In this document: in pieces, positions 9,820 to 19,268 of the stretch | Position numbering within the stretch: position 1 is the stretch's first letter | Layout: each line of letters starts with the position of its first letter | NCBI GenBank assembly: GCA_902533775.1 | Contig: CACANA010000001.1 | Location: forward strand, 2,718-66,717 | Origin: an uncultured Pelagibacteraceae bacterium | Lineage (GTDB): Bacteria > Pseudomonadota > Alphaproteobacteria > Pelagibacterales > Pelagibacteraceae | Reading direction: 5' to 3' | Length of the DNA stretch: 64,000 nt | Notes under the pieces: generated by a model | The model's database searches: none | What the model was told of the DNA's origin: nothing | The model's input: only the letters and a program-made list of their open reading frames with translations | Position numbers and translations under genes: made by a program

Positions 9820-11015
9820 TTATTCTTAGACCTTTTTTTTGCAATCAGCTGCGTTAATGAATCTACCATTAAATCTGACGCTTTAAAGATTTCACTTGGT
9901 TTAAATTCATGTGAAATATTTTTTTCTTCATTTGTTTTATCTTCAATGACTATACCTTCTTCAGGAGAATTATTTTTAATATAAATTAGTATTAACCACT
10001 CATCATCAATTGTTTCATCCCATTTTATGAAAATCTCTCCAGTTTCAAATCTTCTATCTATGCATCTCAAGATAGACATATGTTTAGTTATATATCTTTT
10101 ATTAAGTTGAAAAACTAAACTATTCGCACTTCTATAAAAACTCTCAAGTGCAAACTCAATTTTTTGCCTAGCTAAAGTATACTCCCTTTCTCTTTGAAGT
10201 AATTTTGCTCTATCGTCTCCTTCTTGTGTTTCTACACCTAGCGCCTCAACTCGTTCTCTTATTTTTTGATCTCTTATTTGTTGATATTTTAATTTTAGTT
10301 TTTCGATACGCTCTTGTAATCCTGAATAATCCTCTCTCTTTTCTCTTAAAGCTAATTTTTCTAGTTGTTCTAGTTCTTTTACCTCTCTTATTCTAAATTT
10401 TTCGATTTGTTTTTCTAATTTTAATTCTTGTAAAAATTTCTTTTGTCGCTCCGCCTGCTCTTTTCTTAGTATGGCTTGTTCTTTTCTTAAAAATAATTTT
10501 ATATCCTTTGCTCTTTCTCTTTCTAATTTTTGTTCTTGTTTTAACTGGATTTCCTTTTCTTTTAAAAAGGCTGCTTCATCTGCTTTCTTTTGTTTCTCAA
10601 TTTCGATTTTTTCTTTTTCTGCCTGTTCTATTTTCTCTAGTTTAATTTGTCTTTTTTCCTCAGCTCTTATCTCTTTAAAACGCATTAATCTAAATTCTAT
10701 ACTTTGAAAAAACTTTTGTATTAATTTATCTATAGCCAGTAAATTAAAATTAAATTTGAAAGAAAACTTATTTTTTAAATCTTCCTCAAGTCTAACTGTT
10801 CTTGAAATTATACCCTTTTCAGGAATTATCTTTTTTTTAACTTTTTTAATTTTTTTTCTTTGGTTTAATCTTTTTGTCGTTTTTTTTTTTAATTTAAATT
10901 TTTTTTTTTTAAATTGTGATTTTTTTTTTTTAAATTTTAACTTGGATCTATTTTTTAATTTTTTAACCTTTATTTTTATATTTTTTTTTTTAGGTTTTTT
11001 TTTCTTTTTTTTCAT
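9816..11015 (-). CDS. Lys-rich, coiled-coil hypothetical protein
   Basis: 399-aa ORF: poly-Lys N-terminus, E/K/R/Q-rich helical middle, globular C-terminal region. Confidence 0.7.
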   Translation of the reverse strand: MKKKKKKPKKKNIKIKVKKLKNRSKLKFKKKKSQFKKKKFKLKKKTTKRLNQRKKIKKVKKKIIPEKGIISRTVRLEEDLKNKFSFKFNFNLLAIDKLIQKFFQSIEFRLMRFKEIRAEEKRQIKLEKIEQAEKEKIEIEKQKKADEAAFLKEKEIQLKQEQKLERERAKDIKLFLRKEQAILRKEQAERQKKFLQELKLEKQIEKFRIREVKELEQLEKLALREKREDYSGLQERIEKLKLKYQQIRDQKIRERVEALGVETQEGDDRAKLLQREREYTLARQKIEFALESFYRSANSLVFQLNKRYITKHMSILRCIDRRFETGEIFIKWDETIDDEWLILIYIKNNSPEEGIVIEDKTNEEKNISHEFKPSEIFKASDLMVDSLTQLIAKKRSKNN

Positions 11016-11044
11016 TTAAGAAATACAGCTTTATCAGCTAATTT

Positions 11045-12232
11045 TTAATAAATATAGTCTCTAGTATTAGGAACAGATCTTATATCTTTAGTTAGCTGAA
11101 GTTGAAATACAACTTGATCTCCCCATTTAAAAGCCATTTCACAACTTGTAAGATAAAATTCCCACATCCTTAAAAATTTTTCGTCGAACATTTCTAAAAC
11201 TTTATCTTTTTTTGATATGAATCTCTCTTTCCAATTTCTTAAAGTGTGGGCATAGTGCATCCTTAAAATCTCAATATCTGTAGCTATTAGTCCAGAATCC
11301 TCGATTGGCCTTGCTATTTCGCTTAAACTAGGGGTATATCCGCCTGGGAAAATATATTTTGTTATCCAAGGCTGTGGGTCTCTAGGTGGAAGATTTGATC
11401 CAATTGTGTGTATTAGAGCTACTCCATCTTTTTTTAACATTTGAGACACCCTATTAAAATAGGTTTGATAGAATTTTTTTCCAACATGTTCAAACATTCC
11501 AACACTAACTATCCTATCAAATTTTTCATTCAATTGTCTGTAATCTATTAATTTAAATTCAACTTGGTTATCTAAATTTAATTCTTTAGCTTTTTCTTGA
11601 CTATATTTTAATTGATTTTCTGAAAGTGTAATTCCTGTAACTGAAGCTTTTGTTTTTTTTGCAATATCGATTGCAAGTGTACCCCACCCTGAGCCAATAT
11701 CCAAAACTTTTTGGTTAGGTTGTATATGAAGTTTTTTAATTATGTGATCAATTTTATTTTCTTGAGCAGTTTCTAAAGTGTCATTTTCATTTTTGAAGTA
11801 TGCGCATGAATATTGTCTTTTTTTATCAAGAAATAAATCGTATAATTTTTCTGAAATATCATAATGATGTGCAACATTTTGTTTAGATTTAACAATTTTA
11901 TTAAAACTTGTTAAGTATTTTAAAGTTCCCTTTATTTTATTTAATGTCTTTCCATAAATATTAATATCTGCTCTTCCAATATTTTTAAAAGCTATATCAA
12001 GAAATTCTGTCAAAGTTCCATTTCTTAATCTTAAAGAACCATTTGTATACGCCTCACCAAAATATAGATCTGGATGGAAAAGTAGTTTTTTATGCAAACT
12101 TTTATCTAACAACTGTAATTCTATAGGAATTTCTTTCAAAGGCTTTCCTATAACATACCTGTTAGAATTATAATCTATTAATATAAAGCCATCTTCTTTA
12201 AATAAATCGTTTAAAAAATTTATAAGTTTCAT
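11045..12232 (-). CDS. cfa: cyclopropane-fatty-acyl-phospholipid synthase family methyltransferase
   Basis: NVAHHYD, QYSCAYF, LDIGSGWG, VSVGMFEHVG, YIFPGG. Confidence 0.9.
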   Translation of the reverse strand: MKLINFLNDLFKEDGFILIDYNSNRYVIGKPLKEIPIELQLLDKSLHKKLLFHPDLYFGEAYTNGSLRLRNGTLTEFLDIAFKNIGRADINIYGKTLNKIKGTLKYLTSFNKIVKSKQNVAHHYDISEKLYDLFLDKKRQYSCAYFKNENDTLETAQENKIDHIIKKLHIQPNQKVLDIGSGWGTLAIDIAKKTKASVTGITLSENQLKYSQEKAKELNLDNQVEFKLIDYRQLNEKFDRIVSVGMFEHVGKKFYQTYFNRVSQMLKKDGVALIHTIGSNLPPRDPQPWITKYIFPGGYTPSLSEIARPIEDSGLIATDIEILRMHYAHTLRNWKERFISKKDKVLEMFDEKFLRMWEFYLTSCEMAFKWGDQVVFQLQLTKDIRSVPNTRDYIY

Positions 12233-13116
12233 TAAGCTGCTTTAAGGTTGTTTATATTAAAGTTTAATTTATCTAATTCTGAAAAAAATAATTTTCCTTC
12301 ATCTTTGGATAAAAGTTTTAAAGGTGGAATTAAATTTTTAAAATCAGAATCTTCTGTGCTCATAAATGTATGTAGACCTGAAATGAGATTATATTTGTCA
12401 AATATACTTCTAACCATACAAAGTTTTTCGTTTGATGTTTGATTTAAATTATTTTTAAATTTGTCATACACATCTCTTGCTAAATAAGAGGTGACATTTG
12501 TTGTTGCTGTAATAATACCTGAGCATCCTAATTCTAGGCCCTTCAGCAACTTACTTTCAGATCCAGGCATGACAGAAAAATTTTCAATCTTTAAATTTTC
12601 ATACAAGTTGTAACTACTATCCTTTACTCCAAGAACATTTTTAGGAAAGCTTTTTGCTAACTTTGAAACACATTCTATGCTAAATTTATATCCAGATAAC
12701 TTTTCGAAATTATATAAAATTATTCTACAATCTTTGACATTTTCTATTAATTTGGAATAAAAATTAAAAACATCACCATCGTTATATTTATAGTATGCTG
12801 GTGGCATTACTAAAAAATTTTCAAAGCCAATTGATTTTGAAATATTAAGCAAATTAATATTATCTCCCAACGAATTTAAGCCAGTTCCAATAATAAATTT
12901 ATCTTTATGTTTGCTCTTAGGTAAAATATTAATGAGTTTAATTTTCTCGCTTAATGAAATTAATTGAGATTGACCTGTGCTGCCAAAAAATATTACTCCA
13001 TGGCAACCTTTTTCAATTAGATTTTCAGCATGTTTTAATGTTTTTTCGCAGTCTAACTGTAAATTATTATCTAGTATAGAAAGGCTTGCCGCATAAATAC
13101 CATTGAAATATCCCAT
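12232..13116 (-). CDS. DapA/NanA-family (class I aldolase) protein
   Basis: GSTGQ, PPAYY, ILYN, GVKDSS Schiff-base lysine. Confidence 0.85.
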   Translation of the reverse strand: MGYFNGIYAASLSILDNNLQLDCEKTLKHAENLIEKGCHGVIFFGSTGQSQLISLSEKIKLINILPKSKHKDKFIIGTGLNSLGDNINLLNISKSIGFENFLVMPPAYYKYNDGDVFNFYSKLIENVKDCRIILYNFEKLSGYKFSIECVSKLAKSFPKNVLGVKDSSYNLYENLKIENFSVMPGSESKLLKGLELGCSGIITATTNVTSYLARDVYDKFKNNLNQTSNEKLCMVRSIFDKYNLISGLHTFMSTEDSDFKNLIPPLKLLSKDEGKLFFSELDKLNFNINNLKAA

Positions 13117-13164
13117 ACCAAAAATTTATATAAAAATATAAAATAGTAAAGGTTTTAAAAATAC

Positions 13165-14124
13165 ATGAAAATCTTAGCAATTCAAAACAGAATGGGAATC
13201 GGTGATATGGTAATATTTCTTCCATATATAGAAGCCGTTGCAAAAAAATATAACAGTCAAGTAACTTTATTAGTAAAAGAAAATTCAAAAGCTGAACACT
13301 TAATTAAAGATAATAAATACATTAATGAAATTATTATTTTAAAAAGAGATCAAACTAAGAAAGGTTTTCACGACGGATTGAACGGATTTTTTCGACTAGT
13401 TTCTGATATTAAAAAATATCAATTTGATAAAGTACTAATTTTTAATTCTTCACTTAGATATAAATTAGTTTGTAAGTTTGCAGGAATTAATGATATTTAT
13501 CAATATCCATTATTTAAAAAAAAAAATCAGCATATTATAGAAGCTGCTAATAAATTATTAAAAAATAATTTTAATCTAGAAATTAAAAGTGACCCAGTTA
13601 TTGATGTTAAAGATGAAAATGTTCAAAAGATAAAGTTAAAATTTAATTTTAGTGATGAAGTGAAAAATATATTGTTAGGAATTGGTGGATCGGGACCAAC
13701 AAAAAGAATTCCACCAAAAGTATTTATAGAGTTTATGAATTTATGTTTAAAAAACTTTAAATGCAGATTTTTTTTAGCTACGGGTAATAAAAGTGAAGAA
13801 ATTGAAATTATGAACGAAATTTTAAGTTACCATAAGAATTTATGTACTCCATTAAATGAACTTAGTATTTCTGAAACTTTACCTATAATAAAAAATTGCA
13901 ATATTGCTATTTGTAATGACTCAAGTTTCAGCCATTTATCTGCTGGGTTGGGAAAACAAACTATTGTTTTAATGTCAGATACCCCACAAATATATGGAAG
14001 TTATAGTTCCAAAATGCATCCACTTATACCAGATGGTGTAGAAAGGGTTACTCATGGAACAGAGGGTAAGGAGCGAATAAATCCGTTAAAAATCTTTGAA
14101 AAATTTCAGAACTTAATTAGCTAA
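13165..14124 (+). CDS. glycosyltransferase family 9 (heptosyltransferase-like)
   Basis: GIGDMV, CNDSSFSHLSAGLG motifs. Confidence 0.85.
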   Translation: MKILAIQNRMGIGDMVIFLPYIEAVAKKYNSQVTLLVKENSKAEHLIKDNKYINEIIILKRDQTKKGFHDGLNGFFRLVSDIKKYQFDKVLIFNSSLRYKLVCKFAGINDIYQYPLFKKKNQHIIEAANKLLKNNFNLEIKSDPVIDVKDENVQKIKLKFNFSDEVKNILLGIGGSGPTKRIPPKVFIEFMNLCLKNFKCRFFLATGNKSEEIEIMNEILSYHKNLCTPLNELSISETLPIIKNCNIAICNDSSFSHLSAGLGKQTIVLMSDTPQIYGSYSSKMHPLIPDGVERVTHGTEGKERINPLKIFEKFQNLIS

Positions 14125-14626
14125 TATTTTTAATAACGTTCTCTTTGGCTTCATTTACCAATGTTGCAATATTATTTAATTCTGGACTTCTATCAGGATG
14201 TATTTTTTTCATTATTTTTTTGTAAGATTGCAATACTTCGTCTTTTGTATATTTTTTTTTGGGATCTAAATTTAAAATTCTATAAGATTCATCAATAGAC
14301 ATTGCTTGAGATGAAACGTTTTGGTTAAATTGGTTAAAATTAAACCTCCCAGAATTTTTCAATACTCTTAAAAGGCCCCATAATCTAAACAATTGAAATA
14401 ACGAAATACCAGCCTTTGTCTTTATTAATGGCAAAATGGCCAACATAAAAGGTAAAGAAAAAATGTACCTTCCAGCATATGCCATTATTACCGCTAACAA
14501 TATTGAAGAAATTATAATAAATGTTCTTACAAATTTTGATATTTTTTTTGTTGAAGTTTTAGCAAACCAATTGAGTAAAATATAAAGAATTATAAAGATA
14601 ATTAGTATTGCAAAAAAAATATTCAT
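14117..14626 (-). CDS. membrane-anchored J-domain protein
   Basis: N-terminal TMs, C-terminal KKIHPDR J domain. Confidence 0.8.
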   Translation of the reverse strand: MNIFFAILIIFIILYILLNWFAKTSTKKISKFVRTFIIISSILLAVIMAYAGRYIFSLPFMLAILPLIKTKAGISLFQLFRLWGLLRVLKNSGRFNFNQFNQNVSSQAMSIDESYRILNLDPKKKYTKDEVLQSYKKIMKKIHPDRSPELNNIATLVNEAKENVIKNIS

Positions 14627-14643
14627 AAATTAATTAAATTTAA

Positions 14644-16725
14644 ATGAAAATACCACAGCTTAAAAAAAAACCAGAATTAAAATCTTGTCACAACGTAACC
14701 TGGGAAGACGATTATAGTTGGATACATCAGGAAAACATACTTGAGGTATTGAAAGATAGTTCAAAATTATTACCAGAGGTTAGAAAATATCTTGAGGATG
14801 AAAATGATTATTTTAGTCATCAAATGTCAGATACAAAGGAAATTCAAAAAGTTTTGTTTGATGAGATAAAAGGTAGAATTAAACTTGATGATGAGTCTCT
14901 TCCATTTAAAGATGTAAGATATAGCTACTGGACAAAAACAACAACAAAAGGAAACTACTCTATAAAGTTAAGAAAAAAAATTGACTCTGATGAAATAGAG
15001 GAAATTTGGAATGGTGATTTAGAAAAAGAAAAGCTAAATACAGAGTATTTTGGGCTTGGAGACTTAGAGGTAAGTTATAATGATAAATTATTAGCTTACT
15101 CCCTAGATTTAAAAGGTTCTGAATATTACACCATACATATAAGAGATATTAAAAATAAAAATCAAATTGGTGAAAAAATTGAAAATACTAGTGGCGGAAT
15201 AACATTTAGCTTAGATGACAAATATATTTTTTACTCAAAGCTTGATGACAATCATAGACCGAGAGAAATTTATAGGCACGAAATTGGAACTCCTACTAGT
15301 AAAGACATTCTTATCTTTAGAGAAGAAAGTGAAGCTTTTACTGTAGGCATAGTACTTAGCTCTGATGAAAAGTATTTTTTTATTACATCATCTGATCATA
15401 ATACGTCCGAACAGTATTATTTTAAAGCAGATGAAACAACTCCAAAACCAAAACTAATTGATAAAAGAAAAAGAGGCATAATTTATTCAGTTAATTCATG
15501 GAATGGTGATTTCTATAAACATACAAATGAAGATGCAGAAGATTTTAAGATCGAAAAGACAAATGATTTAGAAAAAAATGAGTGGGAAACATTTATACCT
15601 GCGCGAGAAGAGGTTTTAATTGGAGGATTAATTTTTTTAAATGATTGGATTATAAGATCTGAAACTTCTAATGCATTATCAAAATTAATATTAAGAAATC
15701 CAAAAAATAACGAAGAAGAAGAATTATTTTTTTCAGATGAAAGGGTTATAGTACCCGGTGTTTCGTTAACCCAAAGAGATAGAAATACTGATACAGTTTA
15801 TTTATCATATTCATCACCAAAAACTCCTGGAAGGACTTACCTATACAATCTTAAAACAAAGGAGAAAAAATTAGTTAAAGAGCAAGAGATTCCTAGTGGT
15901 CATAATTCTGATGACTACATAGTTGAAAGATTAGAGTGTGCCTCTCATGATGGAAGAATGGTTCCTATTACCATAACAAGACATAAAAAAACTAAATTAG
16001 ATGGATCTGCAAAATTATTATTATATGGATACGGATCATACGGAAGTTCTATGTCGCCAAGTTTTTCTTCAACAAGAATAAGTTTAATTGAACGAGATAT
16101 TATCTGGGTAACTTCTCATATTAGAGGCGGTATGGAAAAAGGAATGAAATGGTGGAAAGAGGGAAAATTATTAAACAAAAAAAATACATTTGAAGATTAC
16201 ATTGCTTCTGCAAAATTTTTAATTGAAAAGAAGTTTACGTCTAAAGGTAATATTATTGGAATGGGCGGATCTGCTGGAGGTCTTTTAATGGGAGCCGTTG
16301 TTAACCAAGCGCCTGATTTATTTTTGGGTATTGTTATGGCTGTTCCTTTCGTTGACTCGTTGACCACGAACCTAGACCATTCGTTACCATTAACAGTCGG
16401 CGAATTTGATGAATTTGGAAATGCTAAAGATAAAAAAGAACACTTTGATTACATATTTTCATATGCACCTTATAACAATATTAAAAAGATGGATTACCCA
16501 AACATTTTGATAACAACAAGTCTAAGTGATAACAGGGTATTATTTGATGAGCCAGCAAAATTTACTGCAAAATTAAGGGATTACAAAACGGATAACAATT
16601 TGCTTTTATTAAAAACAGAAATGAATGCAGGTCATGGAGGAAAATCTGGAAGAGATGGAGCAATTGAGGAGATTGCAGTTGACTACGCATTTGCTTTGAA
16701 AATAGCTGGAAAATTAAATACTTGA
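14644..16725 (+). CDS. ptrB: oligopeptidase B (S9A)
   Basis: YGYGSYG, GGSAGG catalytic Ser, DNRV, AGHGG. Confidence 0.92.
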   Translation: MKIPQLKKKPELKSCHNVTWEDDYSWIHQENILEVLKDSSKLLPEVRKYLEDENDYFSHQMSDTKEIQKVLFDEIKGRIKLDDESLPFKDVRYSYWTKTTTKGNYSIKLRKKIDSDEIEEIWNGDLEKEKLNTEYFGLGDLEVSYNDKLLAYSLDLKGSEYYTIHIRDIKNKNQIGEKIENTSGGITFSLDDKYIFYSKLDDNHRPREIYRHEIGTPTSKDILIFREESEAFTVGIVLSSDEKYFFITSSDHNTSEQYYFKADETTPKPKLIDKRKRGIIYSVNSWNGDFYKHTNEDAEDFKIEKTNDLEKNEWETFIPAREEVLIGGLIFLNDWIIRSETSNALSKLILRNPKNNEEEELFFSDERVIVPGVSLTQRDRNTDTVYLSYSSPKTPGRTYLYNLKTKEKKLVKEQEIPSGHNSDDYIVERLECASHDGRMVPITITRHKKTKLDGSAKLLLYGYGSYGSSMSPSFSSTRISLIERDIIWVTSHIRGGMEKGMKWWKEGKLLNKKNTFEDYIASAKFLIEKKFTSKGNIIGMGGSAGGLLMGAVVNQAPDLFLGIVMAVPFVDSLTTNLDHSLPLTVGEFDEFGNAKDKKEHFDYIFSYAPYNNIKKMDYPNILITTSLSDNRVLFDEPAKFTAKLRDYKTDNNLLLLKTEMNAGHGGKSGRDGAIEEIAVDYAFALKIAGKLNT

Positions 16726-16726
16726 T

Positions 16727-16754
16727 CTTGAAATATCAAAATTAATTACCATAT
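16727..16754 (+). promoter_or_regulatory. sigma32 (RpoH) promoter of ibpA
   Basis: CTTGAA(16727)-N16-CCATAT(16749) ahead of a small heat shock gene. Confidence 0.75.
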
Positions 16755-16759
16755 TAATC

Positions 16760-16818
16760 TTGTTAGTCGCCTGATGGGGCTAGCAATAAATAAACTTGCT
16801 TAATTAAAGGAGGATAAT
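16760..16818 (+). ncRNA. ROSE-like RNA thermometer in the ibpA 5'UTR
   Basis: 5' hairpin TTGTTAGTC...GGCTAGCAA (16760-16786); CTTGCTT (16795) pairs with SD AAGGAG (16807) with the bulged G of the U(U/C)GCU motif. Confidence 0.7.
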
Positions 16819-17265
16819 ATGACAAGTAAGGATCTATCAATTTTCAACTCACTTCGGCCTTTCTCAATTGGTTTTGACGATATGTTTGACCAATTCGAAA
16901 GTATGTTGGGCAATGGTGGTTTAAGTATGCAATCAAACTACCCGCCTTACAACATAAGAAGAACTGGCAAAGATAACTACTCAATTGAGGTTGCTTTAGC
17001 TGGTTTTAGCAAAAAAGATGTTGAGGTAGAGTTTGAAGATAATCTATTAACTGTAAGAACTAAACAAGTTGATAGAAGTGAAAACAAAAACCAAGATGGA
17101 GAGATAATCCACAAAGGTATATCGCAAAGACAATTTGCGAGATCATTTACAATTGCAGATGATGTAAAAGTGAATGGTGCAGAGTTAAAAGATGGTCTTT
17201 TAACAATCGCATGTGAAAGGATTATCCCGGAACATAAAAAAAAGAAACTTATTGAAATTAAATAA
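16819..17265 (+). CDS. ibpA: small heat shock protein Hsp20 (IbpA type)
   Basis: NYPPYNI, IEVALAGF, HKGISQRQFARSF, LKDGLLTI. Confidence 0.93.
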   Translation: MTSKDLSIFNSLRPFSIGFDDMFDQFESMLGNGGLSMQSNYPPYNIRRTGKDNYSIEVALAGFSKKDVEVEFEDNLLTVRTKQVDRSENKNQDGEIIHKGISQRQFARSFTIADDVKVNGAELKDGLLTIACERIIPEHKKKKLIEIK

Positions 17266-17273
17266 GTACCTTG

Positions 17274-17296
17274 CTTGTGGGGCTAGTCCCCACAAG
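17274..17296. terminator. GC-rich hairpin between convergent genes
   Basis: CTTGTGGGG-CTAGT-CCCCACAAG, 9-bp perfect stem; no clear U-tail. Confidence 0.6.
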
Positions 17297-17297
17297 A

Positions 17298-17630
17298 CTA
17301 AATACATCCACTAGAGCTAAATCCGATAATAACCCCTGATGCATTCACCTCAAATTTTCTTTCACAGGGAATTCCATACTTTTTTGTTTTGTAGATAAGC
17401 ATTTCATTTCCAAGTTCATTGACAAAATCTTCTGAAGGTGAGCCTAATTCTAATCTCATCTCATTAACTTCTTTTCCAACGAATTGACCAAATTTTTCAT
17501 TCTCTTTTTCAGCCACTTCATCAGATTTCTTTTTAATTGTTTGGCATCCAGTTAAAAAAATTATTGTTAATGTGATAAACAGAGCAATAAATTTTTTTAA
17601 TAAAGTATTATTTTTAAAAGCAATAATCAT
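17298..17630 (-). CDS. small lipoprotein
   Basis: Signal peptide with lipobox FLTG/C; start codon uncertain. Confidence 0.7.
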   Translation of the reverse strand: MIIAFKNNTLLKKFIALFITLTIIFLTGCQTIKKKSDEVAEKENEKFGQFVGKEVNEMRLELGSPSEDFVNELGNEMLIYKTKKYGIPCERKFEVNASGVIIGFSSSGCI

Positions 17631-17768
17631 TAATACAAACCTAAAGTTGAATTATGTTAACAATTTGTTCAAAACTTTCATTAAATTGTTTGAATTTAAT
17701 ACAAATTTGAAAAGATATGAAATTTTAAAGATTATTGAGTTATTGATTTATTATATTAAAGAAATGTT

Positions 17769-19268
17769 ATGGCAACAGACTTAAGAATATCAAATATATC
17801 AAAAATATATCCAGGATGTATAGCTAATGATAATGTATCTCTTCAATTTAAAAGTGGAAAAATATACGCACTATTAGGAGAGAACGGAGCTGGAAAATCT
17901 ACATTGGTAAAAATTTTGTCTGGTGTAGTAAGCCCAGATAATGGTGAGGTTTTTTTAAATGAAAAAAATTTAAAATTAAGTTCTCCACTCGATGCCAAGA
18001 AAAATAAAATTGGAATGGTTTTTCAGCATTTCAATTTATTTGAAACTTTATCAGTATTTGAAAACTTAAGTATAGATGCAACTGAAAATAACAAAAGTTT
18101 AAGGGTAAGAATAAATGAAATATTAAAAAAATATAACTTTAGTATTGATCTTGATGTTCCTGTATTAAATTTATCAGCGGGGCAAAAGCAAAAAGTTGAA
18201 ATTATAAGATGTCTTTTAAGAAGCCCTAAAGTTCTAATCATGGACGAGCCTACATCTGTTTTGACTGAGCAGGAAACAGAGGAATTATTTATATCTTTAA
18301 AAAAATTCTGTGATGAAGGAATATTAATTATTTACATAACTCACAAGTTAAAAGAAGTCTTGTCTTTATGTGATGAGGTTGCTGTAATGCGAAAAGGTAA
18401 GGTTGTATCGGTTAGCCAAACACAAAATGAAAGAGTTGAAACTCTCGCAAATAAGATGGTTGGTCAAAAACTAGCGAAAATTAAGAAAAAAATTAATATT
18501 TCCAAAAATAAAGATGAGATATTTAAAGTAAAACATTTAAATTTTTATAGCGATGATCCTTTTGAAACAAATTTAGTTAATCTAAATTTTTCTGTAAAAA
18601 AAGGAGAATGTTTAGGTATAGCTGGTATTTCTGGCAATGGTCAAAACGAACTCTTTCAAATTTTGAGTGGGGAAATAATTACACCAGATACATCAATCAT
18701 TTTTCGAAATAAAGAAATTGCTAAATTAAATCCAAAGCAAAGACGAGAGTATTTTATGGCTTTTTCTCCTGAAGATAGAATATCTCAAGCGGCTGTGCCT
18801 GAATTAAAAATATATGAAAATGTAGCTTTAAATAATTTTAAGTCATCAAATTTTTTTGAAAAAGGTTTGGTAAATGAAAAAAAAATTAAAGAGCATTCAA
18901 AAAAAATATTATCTGACTTCTCAGTAAATACAGACAATGTTGAATTAAAAAGTCAATTTCTATCGGGTGGAAATTTACAAAAACTTATTTTAGGGAGAGA
19001 ATTAATTACAGCTCCGGAATTATTAATTTGTTACAATCCAACATGGGGGCTAGATGTGGGTGCAATCAATTATATTCATGAAACACTTATAAAAATTAAC
19101 GATCAAGAAAAATCAACGATTTTAATTTCTACAGATACAGAGGAGTTATTAAAACTCAGTGATAGAATTGCAGTTATTTACAAAGGCAAGCTTTCAAAAA
19201 TAATGCCTTCAGAGGAAGTCACTCCAGAAAAATTAGGTGTTCTAATGGGAGGAGGTTCCATTGATTAA
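17769..19268 (+). CDS. ABC transporter ATP-binding protein (CUT2/nucleoside type, two NBDs)
   Basis: GENGAGKST, GMVFQHF, DEPT, LSGGNLQK, PTWGLDVGA. Confidence 0.92.
   Translation: MATDLRISNISKIYPGCIANDNVSLQFKSGKIYALLGENGAGKSTLVKILSGVVSPDNGEVFLNEKNLKLSSPLDAKKNKIGMVFQHFNLFETLSVFENLSIDATENNKSLRVRINEILKKYNFSIDLDVPVLNLSAGQKQKVEIIRCLLRSPKVLIMDEPTSVLTEQETEELFISLKKFCDEGILIIYITHKLKEVLSLCDEVAVMRKGKVVSVSQTQNERVETLANKMVGQKLAKIKKKINISKNKDEIFKVKHLNFYSDDPFETNLVNLNFSVKKGECLGIAGISGNGQNELFQILSGEIITPDTSIIFRNKEIAKLNPKQRREYFMAFSPEDRISQAAVPELKIYENVALNNFKSSNFFEKGLVNEKKIKEHSKKILSDFSVNTDNVELKSQFLSGGNLQKLILGRELITAPELLICYNPTWGLDVGAINYIHETLIKINDQEKSTILISTDTEELLKLSDRIAVIYKGKLSKIMPSEEVTPEKLGVLMGGGSID

Noticed and set aside
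10756-11019. Phe-rich 87-aa plus-strand ORF
   Set aside because: Reverse complement of the poly-Lys tract
17572-17784. 70-aa ORF across the lipoprotein/ABC spacer, and the TGTTAACA dyad in it
   Set aside because: Low-complexity AT-rich translation overlapping both neighbours; the dyad is too short to call an operator
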